From: Syncephalis fuscata S228
Lineage: Eukaryota; Fungi; Zoopagomycota
Reading direction: 5' to 3'
NCBI GenBank assembly: GCA_025786725.1
Contig: JAHLTZ010000022.1
Coordinates: 408,435-472,434 of the forward strand
DNA length: 64,000 nucleotides
Position 1 is the first letter of the stretch. Each line of letters begins with the position of its first letter. Positions 27,073 through 42,612 of this stretch are shown in pieces. The notes under the pieces were generated by a model. The model had not been told where the DNA came from. It did no database searches and was given only the letters and a program-made list of their open reading frames with translations. The translations under genes were made by a program, and so were the position numbers.

Positions 27073-29541
27073 TTAAAAGCTCATTTGCGACAGCGTGGCC
27101 CAACTTCGTCGTGCACCAGCCATGGCATCGACCATTGAAGAACGCCAAACATTTCGTTGATTGTTTGGGCCATTCTCAGCCAGTTCTGGATTACGGCCAC
27201 CACCCACAAGTTTTGTAGGACTTGTTCGTGGTGAAGATGGCAACGAAGTAGTACTAGAATTATCGATGGTAGTGATACCATTTTCTGTAGTTGTCGCTAA
27301 TACATTGCGTGAAAGATCAGGCGCCGATTTACGCTTTGAACAGCCGTCGATGATAGAACCAGCAAGACTGCTATGTCCAGCAGAGGTGTTATTAGCACCG
27401 ACAGGCTGTGCTACAGTATGTGCACCATGTACTGGTAAAGTGGCAGCACCTTGCACACCAACACGTGCCAAAAACATACGCATTCGGTGTCGTAAAATAT
27501 CGTGATAGATTTGTTCAGGTTTAGCACGGATAAGACCACGACGCATAAGGCGCACGTAAGCCCAGAATTCACACGCAGACACAAGACGAAGTCGGCAATC
27601 GGCACAGATTAATCGTTGTGACTGCGATGTTGTGTCATTTTGACGTGTTGTAGCATCACGTTCGCCTTCTAAAAAAAGACGATGACTGGACTCAGGTGGG
27701 CATGGACATTCGCAAAGCGTACATGGCGGTTGAAATGTTGAGCCTGGCGAAGTAAGCATTGTTTGATAGGCAAACAATTGTCTAGCATCCGACAAAGCAA
27801 CTGGTTCAAGAATTAGAGTGCCTGACTGAACACCTGTGTGGATTTTACGCTGTAAAAAGTAACCAGCACGATCAAATCGTACACATGGCTCGACATCGTC
27901 GTTTTGGCAACGACGTAAGAATTTTGAATTGCCTGTCGTTACCGGCTCAACTGCCAGGGATGCTGTTTCCACTAACGTCTTATTAGGTATACCATTTGAA
28001 TAGCCAATGTTAAGTACATTTGCTTCTCGTAAGCACAAACGATAAAATTCTTCAAAGTCCGTGTAACGACGACCTTTCAACTCAAAAGCAAGTAGAGCCG
28101 CAACTGGATCGATAAACGAGGTTACAGTTGGTGAGTTAATATCCGAACCATAGGCACTATCAGTACTTGGCAATGAGCCTAAAGAAGCAATGGATCCATG
28201 GGCGGCATGTCGGGCTACCGTTAATGATGGCTTCTGTGTTGCTACATCAGTAGTACCACTATTGCTGTCAGTTGTTGATGCAATAGCTGTATTATTCTGA
28301 TCGCCATTTGATTGTTGCTGTTGCTGCTGCTCTGTTGCACTAACTGTAGACATAGCCTTTTCCATCATTCGTTTCAAGTCGTTTAATTGAGCCTTTAACA
28401 TTTGCTCAACATCTTGTAGTTCTTGTACACGAGCAAAGTATGAATCACGTTTGCGTTCAGCTTCAGCGCGTGCACGGCGTTCATCGACCACCATCTTTTG
28501 GGCCTCTTCAAACACAGTACGCGACAAATCTTCTAGTTGAGCCTCAATGCTTGCCTTTGCATTTTCAAGTTCACCACGACGACGTGTTTCGACCACAAGC
28601 TTTTCAGAGGTTCGTTGCAGTTCAGATCGTAACTGTTCAATAAGAGTTTGTGATGTTTGTGGCTCATCTGGCTGTGTAAAAGCACCAAGTGTATTTGGCA
28701 TGCCAGTAGATGTAAAAGTTGTCAAATCATTCAGCGTGTGTTGATTACCAAACTCTTGACGGTGCTGCGGTGCTGGTTTAGAAATAGTCGAGTTAAGACG
28801 AGCATCATACGATGTAGTATGTGCGATGCCCGTGTTATTTAATGAATAGTTGGTGGTGTAATCCGACTGATGATGCTGGTCATCATGTTCGTCTTCATCA
28901 TCTGTCACATCGTCAGTAGCAAATTCCTTCTCTGCCTGCTCTTCCATCGATGATAGTTGCGCACAACGAATGGGTGATAAAGGCATTGAGTCTTGATCTA
29001 TACCAATAGGTGTGACAGGACGTAAAAGAGCAAGGCGCATTTCAGCCTCACGTAATTCTTGCTCAATACGAATACGCTCTTCTCGTAGCGTATCCACTTC
29101 TTGTCGCCAACGATCATTTTCTCGTTGCATTGATTGTTGTATCCACTCAAGTTCATCACATCGAGCGGCCAATTGCGCCGTATGTGCAGCTAAAGGACTA
29201 TCGTGTCCATCAATTAAATGATGGGCTTGAGCTATGGCTGATGATGGTGCAAAATTCAATGTACCTGCTATTACGGGTACTGAAGCAATTGAAGAAGACC
29301 TTGAACGAGATGATGGATAGTTTGAATTGTCGGCGTCGGACAACGCGCTTATGCTAGTCGATCGATGAACTGGCAATGGCGTGGGTGGCAATAAACCAGT
29401 ACTGCTACTCAATTGCATTGTTGAACCACGTTGCCAACAAGTAGAAGATGAGTGTGGCAATGGAATAGTAGCTGCTGCTGTTGTAGCTGCTGCTGTAGTA
29501 GTAGTCGTAGCCATTGTTATCGCTATTGTGGGTTCATCCAT
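27073..29541 (-). CDS. SEC2: Rab GDP/GTP exchange factor Sec2
   Basis: Coiled-coil Sec2 signature IEAQLEDLSRTVFEEAQKMV. C-terminal CQNDDVEPCVRF, CTLC and CADCRLRLVSACEFWAYVR. Confidence 0.88.
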   Translation of the reverse strand: MDEPTIAITMATTTTTAAATTAAATIPLPHSSSTCWQRGSTMQLSSSTGLLPPTPLPVHRSTSISALSDADNSNYPSSRSRSSSIASVPVIAGTLNFAPSSAIAQAHHLIDGHDSPLAAHTAQLAARCDELEWIQQSMQRENDRWRQEVDTLREERIRIEQELREAEMRLALLRPVTPIGIDQDSMPLSPIRCAQLSSMEEQAEKEFATDDVTDDEDEHDDQHHQSDYTTNYSLNNTGIAHTTSYDARLNSTISKPAPQHRQEFGNQHTLNDLTTFTSTGMPNTLGAFTQPDEPQTSQTLIEQLRSELQRTSEKLVVETRRRGELENAKASIEAQLEDLSRTVFEEAQKMVVDERRARAEAERKRDSYFARVQELQDVEQMLKAQLNDLKRMMEKAMSTVSATEQQQQQQSNGDQNNTAIASTTDSNSGTTDVATQKPSLTVARHAAHGSIASLGSLPSTDSAYGSDINSPTVTSFIDPVAALLAFELKGRRYTDFEEFYRLCLREANVLNIGYSNGIPNKTLVETASLAVEPVTTGNSKFLRRCQNDDVEPCVRFDRAGYFLQRKIHTGVQSGTLILEPVALSDARQLFAYQTMLTSPGSTFQPPCTLCECPCPPESSHRLFLEGERDATTRQNDTTSQSQRLICADCRLRLVSACEFWAYVRLMRRGLIRAKPEQIYHDILRHRMRMFLARVGVQGAATLPVHGAHTVAQPVGANNTSAGHSSLAGSIIDGCSKRKSAPDLSRNVLATTTENGITTIDNSSTTSLPSSPRTSPTKLVGGGRNPELAENGPNNQRNVWRSSMVDAMAGARRSWATLSQMSF

Positions 29542-31825
29542 AGAGTGTTGTTGTTGTGTTGTTGTTGATGGTTATGCATTCTGTGCTAATAGTTCGATTA
29601 CCGTAGAATTGATCGATATTCGTAAATGCTAAATGGAAAGGTTATAGTGGCGAGAGTGAAGAGCAATAACGCTAATCGACAGTTATGCTAAATGAAAGGA
29701 ATAAATACAGCAGGTTAGTAACAATCGATATAGCAGTTATTTGCTTGTTTGTCAAGTGAATGATAGCTTGTTTTGCAAAAAGAATAGCAAGTTGGTAAAG
29801 GAAGAGGTAGAGGTAGAGTGAAAGAGCGAAAAAGAGTTATAAAAGAAAAATAAGGATCGTCCAACTAAAAAACCAAGTATTGCCTATTTGAATAAATTTA
29901 TATCTTATTTAGGTGGGTGTGAAAATGTCATCCACTTGCCGAAAAGAACTATTAGTGTGATGGTCACCTAGTCTATTGACTAACATCAGCTGATGGACAC
30001 ATGTAAGATATCCACTACCACCACACATACAACATGCCACTAAGATCGTTTTACTAGATCTATTCTTATATCTAATCAAGCTGGATCAATAGTGGTCATA
30101 AAGATATACAATGATGTATATTTGTATCAATTTATACATTTATCCATTACTCCCTTTTGGTCTATTTGAAACAAGTAGAAAGATAGACCAAAAGGGAGTA
30201 ATGGATAGCTGTATAATCGATACAAATATACCAAAAAAGCAAGTGAATGATGTGTATATTGTAGAATAAATGGCTAGAGTATAGAACAAGCATATGCAAA
30301 GAAAGAGTGGTGCACGAGGTGTGTGCGTACGTGCATATCACTAGGGTGCGTGTATATACAAGTACAAAGACACCCAATGCACTATTGCCACCGTTGCTAT
30401 TGCTACTTGATAGTTACACGAAATAGCAATTGACTGACTTAAGCGGCTGATAGATAGCCGCAATAATAATAACGTTACTGTTATTATTGTTATTGTTGTT
30501 GTAATGAAAAGGGGAAAGGCCAGGTAGACCGTGGTGTGTATATATAACACGCGGAGCAGCATAGAAAGGAGAAGCGCTGAGTGATAAAGGACTGCTTTAC
30601 AGATTACTTACCGGTCAATCACTTTATATAAACGTCGCCGACTATAGGTAGGTACTTGTGTGTATGGCACTACACTGTATAAGCACTAGTATGAATGAAG
30701 ACAAGAACGATAAAACACGATGTTTAGTAGAATAAAAAGTAGAGACGCAAAGTAGAAGAATGAAGAACAAGTGAATGAAAGAATGAAAAGAAGCAACACT
30801 GTAAAACTGCAATGCAGCCTCCTTAACCGTAATAAACTGATTGTGTGCAAGAATAGCGAGTGAGTAAGCGAGTGAGTGAGTGAGTATGAGTACTAGTCAA
30901 GGACAGTATGCATATTAATTGCAGCGTTTTCTACATTTATAAAATGCCAAGCATTCAAAGGGGAAATGGAAATATTACTCGGACATAATTGACCGAGGCT
31001 GGTTGATAAGTAGTCACATTAAGACATATTACTAAATATATTATGTTTTAGTAATTAAGCTTGTAATCCGCCATTTTACTTTCCTGGTGAATGATACTAA
31101 TGACTAGATTATTACATCATAGTGTGACTTGGGAGTCGAATGACCACATTTAATAATATTCGCGTAATTAAACTAGATATTCTTTCTATTAAACATAGAA
31201 TTACGTGGTAAGTGATATTAAATATCAAATACTCATTATCGTAGATTTATTATTTGGTATGCATATATATATATACACTCTATTCACCTATATCATTCCC
31301 ATTCTATTCTACACTAACATATATCACTCTATGATGTACTAGACACACTCTATTGTTTATATCTTCCAATACACTTTATTCACTCCACTCATTATGTTAT
31401 ACACATTATAACTTTGACATTATTTTATGTACTTTTTCACCGTACACTTATCATTTTATACATCCTTCTATACTCACTTAGCCTTCCTCTATTTAAAACT
31501 ATTTTTATTTCTGTTCTAGCTTTATTATTAACAAATGTCGACTCATTTCGTTCATTGTGCTTATTAGACTATATATATGAAACTCGTAACAAATAGGATG
31601 TATTCAATATGGCATAGAATGATATATAGTGGTGCAGAACAGAGCAGAAATGCTATATATTTATTAAAAACCTTTATTATTATTACTTATCATGGCAATA
31701 TTGTTTGTTCTCTGACATATAAATACTTAAACAAATTGCTTTTATTATTCTTTTGTAAAATAAACAATCTATATTGATTATTTATAATTTACAAATGTTA
31801 TTTATGGTGCTATCGCCGTAGCTGC

Positions 31826-34490
31826 TTAACCGCTGCACATCATACAAGCATCCTTGTTGTCAAGTGAGCACTGGAGTCGCATAGCATCGGTAATATCGTC
31901 GGCATTGCTACCATCGATGCTTGCATCTCCTTTCTCTTCGCCATTTGTGTTGCTTGACATTGCTTTGAGTGACTGTTGATCAACGGTGAATTTGATGGCA
32001 TCGACAGCGGGACGTGAACGCAAATAGTACATGCCTGTCTTGAGTCCCTTCTTCCAGCCGTAAAAGTGCATTGAAGTTAGCTTTGCATAGGAAGGCTCGG
32101 CAATATGGATGTTAAGCGATTGAGACTGATCGATAAAGGCACCACGATCGGCTGCCATATCAAGCACGGCCTTTTGCGATATTTCCCATACAGTACGATA
32201 AAGCTGGCGGATTTCATCAGGTATACCAGGTGCACGTTGTACCGATCCATTATCGGCAATAATACGGTTCTTCATCTGATCGTTCCATAGACCCATTTCA
32301 ACAAGATCTTTAAGTAGCCATGGATTGACAACTTGGAATTCACCGGCCAAAACACGCCGTGTATAGATGTTGGATGTGTATGGCTCGAAGCATTCGTTAA
32401 ATCCAAGGATCTGTGAGGTTGATGCAGTAGGCATTGGTGCAACGAGCAATGAGTTGCGGACACCATGTTTTTGGATACGTTCGCGCAATGGCTCCCAGTT
32501 CCATTGATCGGTAGGCGTGACATTCCACATATCGTGTTGTAGAATGCCTTGTGAGACTGGGAGTCGGCGTAAGTCTCATAGGTGCCGTAAAGTTCGGCCA
32601 ATTCGCTCGATGACTCGAGTGCAGCGTGGTAAATCGTTTCAAAGATGCGCTTATTAAGTTCGCGGGCCTTTGGTGATTCAAATGGCATGCGCATCTTAAT
32701 AAATGTATCGGCCAATCCTTGAACACCAAGACCAATAGGACGATGGCGCATATTCGACTTGTGTGCTTCAGGTACTGGGTAGTAGTTGACATCGATAATC
32801 TTGTTCAAATTACGCGTAACGACCTTTGTAACCGAGTGGAGTTTCTCAAAATCATATGTATCGCGATCGATGACAAATGACGGCAAGGCAATACTTGCCA
32901 AGTTACAGACGGCAACTTCATCGGGTGATGAGTACTGGACAATTTCCGTACAAAGATTGCTGCATTTAATCGTACCAAGGTTCTTTTGATTCGACTTTTG
33001 ATTACAGCTATCTTTATACAGCATATACGGCATTCCTGTCTCTGTCTGGGCATCAATAATGGCCGACCATAGCTTTTGGGCCTTTATTGTCTTGCGAGCT
33101 TTGCCTTCCTTTTCGTACGATTCGTATAGACGCTATGTATCGTATTATTAGCATAACTTAATAAAAAACTGTTTACAATACTATTTAGCTTATTCATAAT
33201 ATACTTACGACAAATTCATCGCCATAGCAGTCTTGTAGGCCGGGACATTCATGTGGACACATAAGCGACCAGTCACCGTTTTGTTCAACACGTTGCATGA
33301 AAAGGTCGGGTATCCACATAGCGTAGAAAAGATCACGAGCTCTTGCCTCTTCTGAGCCGTGGTTTTTACGCATGTCGAGTATTTGGAATACATCTGCGTG
33401 CCATGGTTCAAGATAGATGGCAAATGCGCCAGGTCGCTTATTGCCACCTTGATCGACGTAGCGTGCCGTGTTATTGTAGACACGTAGCATTGGTACAAGT
33501 CCATTTGAATAGCCATAAGTACCGGCAATATATGAGCCAGATGCACGAATGTTATGCACGTTAAGGCCAATGCCGCCGGCTGTCTTGGAGATCATAGCAC
33601 ACTGCTTTAGCGTGTCGTAAATGCCTTCAATCGAGTCATCGGCCATGGTCAACAAGAAGCAGGACGATAGCTGTGGGCGTGGTGTACCGGCGTTAAAGAG
33701 TGTCGGCGATGCATGGGTAAAGTAACGTTCAGACAATAAATGGTACGTTTCAATAGCGGCATCAATATCCTTGCCATGAATGCCGACAGCAACACGCATA
33801 AGCATATGTTGTGGTCTTTCAACGGTGCGGCCATTCAGCTTCAATAGATAGGACCGTTCGAGTGTTTTAAAGCCAAAAAAGTTGTAGCTAAAGTCACGGT
33901 CGTAAATAATAGCCGAATTTAAACGTTCAGCATTCTCTTTTACAACTTGATACGTCAATTCCGAAATCATTGGAGCTGGTAGGCCGGTTTTGGGGTTGAT
34001 ATAAGTGTATAGATCTTCAACGACCTGTGAAAATTGCTTCTTGCTTTCTTTATGCAAGTTTGAAATAGCAATACGGGCAGCAAGAATGGCATAGTCCGGA
34101 TGCTTGGTCGTCATATAGGCGGCAGTCTCTGCGGCAAGATTGTCGAGTTCAACGGTCGTTACGCCTTGGTAGACACCAGAAATAACCTAGTACAGGCCAG
34201 ATATAGTCAGTGATAAAATTTTATTACTAAGCAATCAATACTGCCAATAACTTATCGCACTTTGACACTTTACATACCTTTTGAGCAATTGCTGCTGGGT
34301 CGACATAGTTTGTATCGAGTCCATAGCAAAGCTTAACAATACGAGCCGTGATTTTATCAAAGGCCACCTTCTCGGTATGTCCACCTAACAAACAATCAGC
34401 GAGCCAATCAATATTCATATTAGTTTATTACTATAAAACAAATAGGTTTATATTTAGCTGTAACTACTTACCTCGTTTAACGACAAACAT
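31826..34490 (-). CDS. RNR1: Ribonucleoside-diphosphate reductase large subunit (3 introns, one apparent frameshift near 32560)
   Basis: MFVVKR start, ATP cone, [37 protein letters not shown]-terminal CMMCSG. Confidence 0.97.
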
Positions 34491-34627
34491 ACTGTTAGCT
34501 AGCTATATACGTTGTTAAGTAATAGATAGATATAGATAGATAGATAGCTACAAGTATGTGTAGAAATGTGTACCCAAGAACTGGGATAAAAGCGAAAACA
34601 ACAAAAAGAAAGAGGGAACGTGTCAAA

Positions 34628-34664
34628 GCCGCGTTTTTTCTATAAGTCGCGCCTACATCGCGTC
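34628..34664. promoter_or_regulatory. Cluster of three CGCG cores (MCB/E2F-like G1/S elements) upstream of RNR1
   Basis: CCGCGTTTT, GTCGCGCC and ATCGCGTCA lie within about 35 bp of AT-rich DNA, 140-175 bp upstream of the RNR1 ATG. Confidence 0.5.
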
Positions 34665-35174
34665 AATAACAAACTGATAGTTTTCAGTTTAATAGTTTAC
34701 TGCTTATTCAATACGAATAGTTAATTAACTAATTAAATAGTTATCATCACGTATTATCATGATCATTATCGTCATTATTATTTACATCATCGTCATCATC
34801 ACCACTATCACCAATTTCAATAAAAGACTGTGATGTGGGTCAGTTGGTTGATCAGATGACAGATATACAACATGTGAGTTCGTTACATCCTTGTCCAGAA
34901 TGGCTATCCATTTGTATGAGTGTAGTCTAGTGTATAGAGTGTATAGCTGCTTATAGTTTTATAACTATATGCCTATGGCCATCGTCATCATCACTGTCAA
35001 CAGCATCACCATCACTATAACACACATTTGAATATTGGCAATAACTCCACAACTCATCACAGTTAACCGATTTCCTTCTTTCTACTGCCATTTCATACTC
35101 ACTTATCACACACGTCATCGCAGTGCATTGTTATTGCCTTTATCAGTATCTTTTCTTGTTCATCTATCGTCTCC

Positions 35175-37375
<2,201 letters not shown>

Positions 37376-37626
37376 GCGATTGTTTAGTTGTTGGTTAATA
37401 CTAACAGCAGTAATAGCGGAAACAATCATAGGAACAACATTTACATAAGCTGATGCTTACATTGACACATTTATGTTAATGTTGATGTTTGTGTGCAGGA
37501 TATTGTCAATATATTATCCTATTATACCATTTATTATTAATGTTATCAGTGTTATCAATGTTATTTACTGTCTTATCACCAATTTGTTCTTTAAATACTA
37601 TTCATTTATTACAATACTATTGAACA

Positions 37627-39524
37627 ATGACTACACGGTTGGAGCGATATTTGACGTTTGTCAATACACAGATTGCTCGTAATAGTGGCGATAAATTAAG
37701 TGAGCGTCTTCGTTTAAGTGATTTACATACTGAACGACTTGAAGATGAAGTACGTCTTGTAAGTAATATGAGTAGATAACAAGTTATTAAATAACTATCC
37801 TATATACACTAGGTAACAACTAATCTATTTGACTTTTGTATTGAATAGAATACAGAGTATTGTGCTCGTATTTGTCGCAGTAAGCTTAAAGACCCGTGGA
37901 ATGAGCTTGTAGAACAGCATATTCAAGCGGGAATTGCTCATGCACGCCAAGATTGGCAAGGCGCGTTTAACTACCAGTTATCAATGACCAAGTAAGTTGA
38001 ATGCGGCTATACTAAAGCAGGGCCTTATATAAACATTAATAACTAATGAAATGGTATATTTAATGTTAAAGAACTTTATTACGTCTACTATCTACGTGTA
38101 ATCGGTGGATATTACCTGTGCTTTATACTGTTCTACGTGATTTACGTTATATTGCGTATAAAGTAAGTAGTTACAATAACTAATGAGTACTTTATAATCA
38201 CAGGCTATATGAACGACTATTTTAAACTAATTAACTATTAATGCTATAGGCTGATAAATCAGATAACCAAACAAACAAATCGCCACGACTTGAAGAGGCA
38301 GCCCGTACTATTAATCAGGCATTTTCACTTTGTGTTATGGATCGGTAAGTTGAATAAGCAAGTTTTAAATTAACTATAATAATAACAACAACAACAATAA
38401 TAATAATAATAATAATAATCACCATTATAAACCATCTATCTAGTTCGTCGACTATGAATATGTCACGGAAATGGGGCACATACTTTGTTATTAATCTATT
38501 GTTTGGTATTTATTTTAAAGTAATACAATTTGCTATGTTAGCTATCGTCATTCAGCTAATTATGATTTATTGAATTATCTGTCATGAATATTATAGCTTG
38601 GATCACAGAATTTATGTAAAAATATTCTACGAGCTATGACGGCTTCAGCATCTGATTTGCCTGCACTCCACCAATACCCTAAATCACACCAAGCTGGCTA
38701 CAAATACTACTTGGGGCTATTGGCCTTTCGAGAAGAGAAGTATTTAAAGGTACGTGTAGATATGAAGTTATTTAATCCAGATAATACTAATCTACTAACT
38801 AATTAAAAAATAGGCAGAAACCGATTTAGCTGAAGCATTTCGTATTTGTCAAAAAAATGCCATTCAACAGAAAGAGCAAGTAAACAATAGCTATTTAATT
38901 GCATAATTATTGACTTATTGTACAACAAATTATAGGCGTATATTAAAATTCCTCATTCCAATTCGACTGTTGCGTGGTATATTGCCGAGTCGAGACTTAT
39001 TGAAGCGCTATTCACGCATTTCCCTCGCCTACACGCCGTTCATCGAGGCCATTCGTACAGGAGACGTAAAAAGTTATGACAAGATGCTATTTGACCGCGA
39101 ACAACTACTTGCACGTATGGGTACATATCTTACCGTGGAACGGGCACGATACATTGCGGTGCGCACGCTATTTCGCAAAGTGTAAGTTACAACTGCTATT
39201 AATAATACATTGCCATTACTATTTGCTAACAAGTAATATCTCAATTTCTATAGATTTGTCATTAATGGCAAAGATACAAAGATACCAATGGAAAAGTTTC
39301 GTATTGCCCTTCGATTGGTTAATATTCCACATGATATGGATGAAATAGAATGTCTATTGGCCAATATGATTTATAAGGTAAGAGAGAGACACTTATCTGA
39401 CTATTCATCTAATATAACCTATTAATTATAGGGATATCTACGCGGCTATCTATCACATGAACGAGGCTATCTTGTGCTAAGTAATAAGGATCCATTTCCT
39501 GCACTCACTACTCTTTCATCGTAA
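37627..39524 (+). CDS. CSN12: PCI-domain protein Csn12/PCID2 (Thp1-like), multi-exon
   Basis: SRKWGTYFVINLLF, NLCKNILRA, ECLLANMIYK|GYLRGYLSHERGYLVLSNKDPFP. Includes a GC-AG intron near 38877. Confidence 0.85.
38376..38420. repeat. (AAT)n/(AAC)n microsatellite in a CSN12 intron
   Basis: Direct reading of the sequence. Confidence 0.8.
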
Positions 39525-39647
39525 TAATGCACATATCAACATAATACACACACACACACACACAGACATACATAAATGGATACGCACATCCTATTTATTC
39601 TGCATTGAATAAAAAGCCATAAAGCAATACTGTTGTTTTAACAATTA

Positions 39648-42612
39648 TTAGCCGTAATTAATCTCCAGATCTCCTTCTCCAGGTGCATCAAGATCCACGT
39701 ATGATGTTACCTCACGATTCTGTCGAGGATCAAGTGCAAGTCTAATGATGAAAGCAATTAGTGTGTGTATGTGTGAACAAAAGTATATAGGCCCACAACT
39801 ATAAATAAATCCATTTCAATCTATTTGATTGGCATAATTACTTACTGGGGTGTCACAACTTGTGGTAAACCCGCCGCGGTCAAAGAACCAATACCTGCCA
39901 TGGCACCGCCTAATGCAGCCATTGACATGGCAGACGGCGTACGAAGAGCGCTTGTGGCCGGTAGTGATAGTGCGGGTGATGCAGTAGGTGGCTCAAATCC
40001 AATACGTGGAATCTGGTCCATGGGTGTGCCTACTGGGGCTGCAGCAATCTGTGGTATAAACGCGTTGGTCTCCCAGCCAATGGCTATTTTCATTGCGATT
40101 AGTTGTAGTAAAAGACTATGATTAATACATTAGCTGTGCTTACCATAAGGCTGATAACCAACTGAAGGAGCACCGCCAGGAGCGTCATTGATAAGAGCGG
40201 GAGAATTATTATTGTTACCATTGTTGTTATTAGTATTAGAAGTACTGCTATTGTTCAATGCAGATGCATTGATGCCTGGGACAGATCCCATCATGGCGGG
40301 GGGTTGTACATTGGGCATCAAACGATTTGGATCTCTAATGTAATTATTGTAGAATTGTTTCTGATAGCCACAATGATTAATAGAGTCGTTATTAGGTGCC
40401 ACTTCAATCAACTTACCTCTACCAAGTCTTCTACATTAATTGTATGTTTGTTGCCTAAATGTTTAATAACGAATTCTGGACCAAGAAATTGCTTATTACA
40501 CATGGTGCATGCATATCTTTGATCAGCTATTTTGGCCATGTAATCCCAGCTAATTATTATATTAATACAGCATCTATTAGAATATCTATATAATTACTAT
40601 TAATTCAATAAAACTTACACATCATCTGCTGCTTTACCACCCAATGCTTCTACATCAATTTTGTGAGCTGGTCTATCCTTAAAATCGAGTCGACCATCAA
40701 GTGCTCTTGTCCATTTATCCGCTTAGTCATTGTCAGCACATTTGTTTAATAATTGTCATTATTATTAAATTTACCATATGAATCGGGAATATCGCCCCTT
40801 TTACGAAAATGATGAACTGGACAGCGACGTTCCAAATCCATTGGACTATCGGCACCAATACCGCAATAGTAGCAGAACATATGGACACGACGTAGATATT
40901 CGATAAATAAATCTAATTGTTTTTTGACCTATTATATTAATTAGTTAATATGTAAATAAAATCGATTACAATAAGAAAATATCAATATCAATAGCTTACC
41001 TTCCATAAATCAATCGACTCCATTGTTCCATTGGTTTCTTCTTCCATCTTTGCCGTACTGATACGCTCAAATAATGCGCCTACTACCTCAATACCATTGA
41101 GTTCACCGCGTACTTCGTCATCTAGCACAGTTACAATATCAGAGATACGAGAAAGATCCTTGCGTAAACGTGCTGGATGACTAGCAACTTCGGGTGCGTA
41201 GCGTGGCTTAGTATTCGAAGCAAGCTTATGGAATCCTAAATGAAATTCAAATTCTTCAATCTAGCCAACAATCATTATTAGTCTTTATTCAATAATATAA
41301 ATAGATCAAAATAATTATTTATCAATACCTTTTGATTATTAAGCTTTTCAAACGACTCTTTTATATCTGCGCCATCTTTTAATACAATCCATCCAATACG
41401 ATGGAATCGTTTAAGTGCATTTGGATCGGATACGGCCAAATAACGGAAATTATCCACAGATTGACACATCTACGTAGTGAATCATTAGTCTAAACCGCTC
41501 CAGGTTATTTGTCGTGTAATAATCATCACTTACCTCTACGACTTTATCCCGACCAATAGCTGGTGTAATACTTTTAACAAATAGAATTGTTTCAGATTCT
41601 GCCTCAGAATCTATATCCATAACTGCCGATTCAACTATAATGACATAATATTAGCCAATGAACATATTCCCCGTTTATGTTGATTATCACTTACTTGGAC
41701 CGCCTTCATCAAGTGAAATATAATCCAAATTACCCGCTTCCACGTCCTCTTTAAACTGTTTATAGTTCTCAATTTTTAGTGTACGCACTTCATCAACCCA
41801 GCGCTTTCTTTCCATAGGATGATATTTTTCCCTAAACCATGCCATTTCTTTATGGGCTTCAAAAAACTTTTTACATTGTCGCTTAGTACAATCACGCTTG
41901 TAGGCGGCATATTGCTCGCTGAGATCACGATCATCATAGCGACGGCCACGTGTTCGACTATTAACATAATCGGCAAATTGACGGAAAGATACCATGTAAT
42001 CTAGCTTGTAAGGATCAAATCTAATTTGCCAAATATTAGTTATGTCTTCAACTGTTCCCTAATTTATACTTACTTGTCACTGTAGATTATAAAATAATTA
42101 TTTCGTAATAATGAATATATATATATTAATAACAATTATATAGCTTATTAGTATTACTAGTATTGTTATTGCTTACTCTCGATCGCGTGCATCATCATCT
42201 ATATGAATATTAGTATATAATAGTATATCTATATGGTAGTAAACAGTGTCGCTCGCGTATAAACATACCTCCGTAGCGCGAAGTTGGCCGATAGCCTTCG
42301 CGACTATAGTCTGGCATATAATGGTCGCCATTATCACCGTGTGGAAATGACCGACGTCTTGGTGAAGGAGAACGATATCGGCGCCGTCCAACTAGTTTAG
42401 ACAGCATTAATTACTGACAATATATCGATATATACATTTGATTAGTTATAATACTTGCATCGTTCAGGACTTCGGCTTCTGCTAGAGCGTGTTCGTCTAA
42501 TACGATCATCTGACGTTTCGGGAGAAAACTCTCTTATGGGACTTCGTCGCCGATCACGTCCAAACTGATCGCGCGATTCGCGACCAAATTCATCGTCGTT
42601 GTAATCTGCCAT
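39648..42612 (-). CDS. SERRATE/Ars2 RNA effector protein, multi-exon
   Basis: RS-rich N-terminus, FFEAHKEMAWFREKYHP, YLRRVHMFCYYCG, C2H2-like CTMCNKQFLGPEFVIKHLGNKH, C-terminal DPR..YVDLDAP. Confidence 0.9.

Noticed and set aside
29600-31800. Long intergenic region with purine-rich tracts, GAGT repeats and small ORFs
   Set aside because: No coding, tRNA or transposon signature that I can support. Probably SEC2 5' UTR/promoter.
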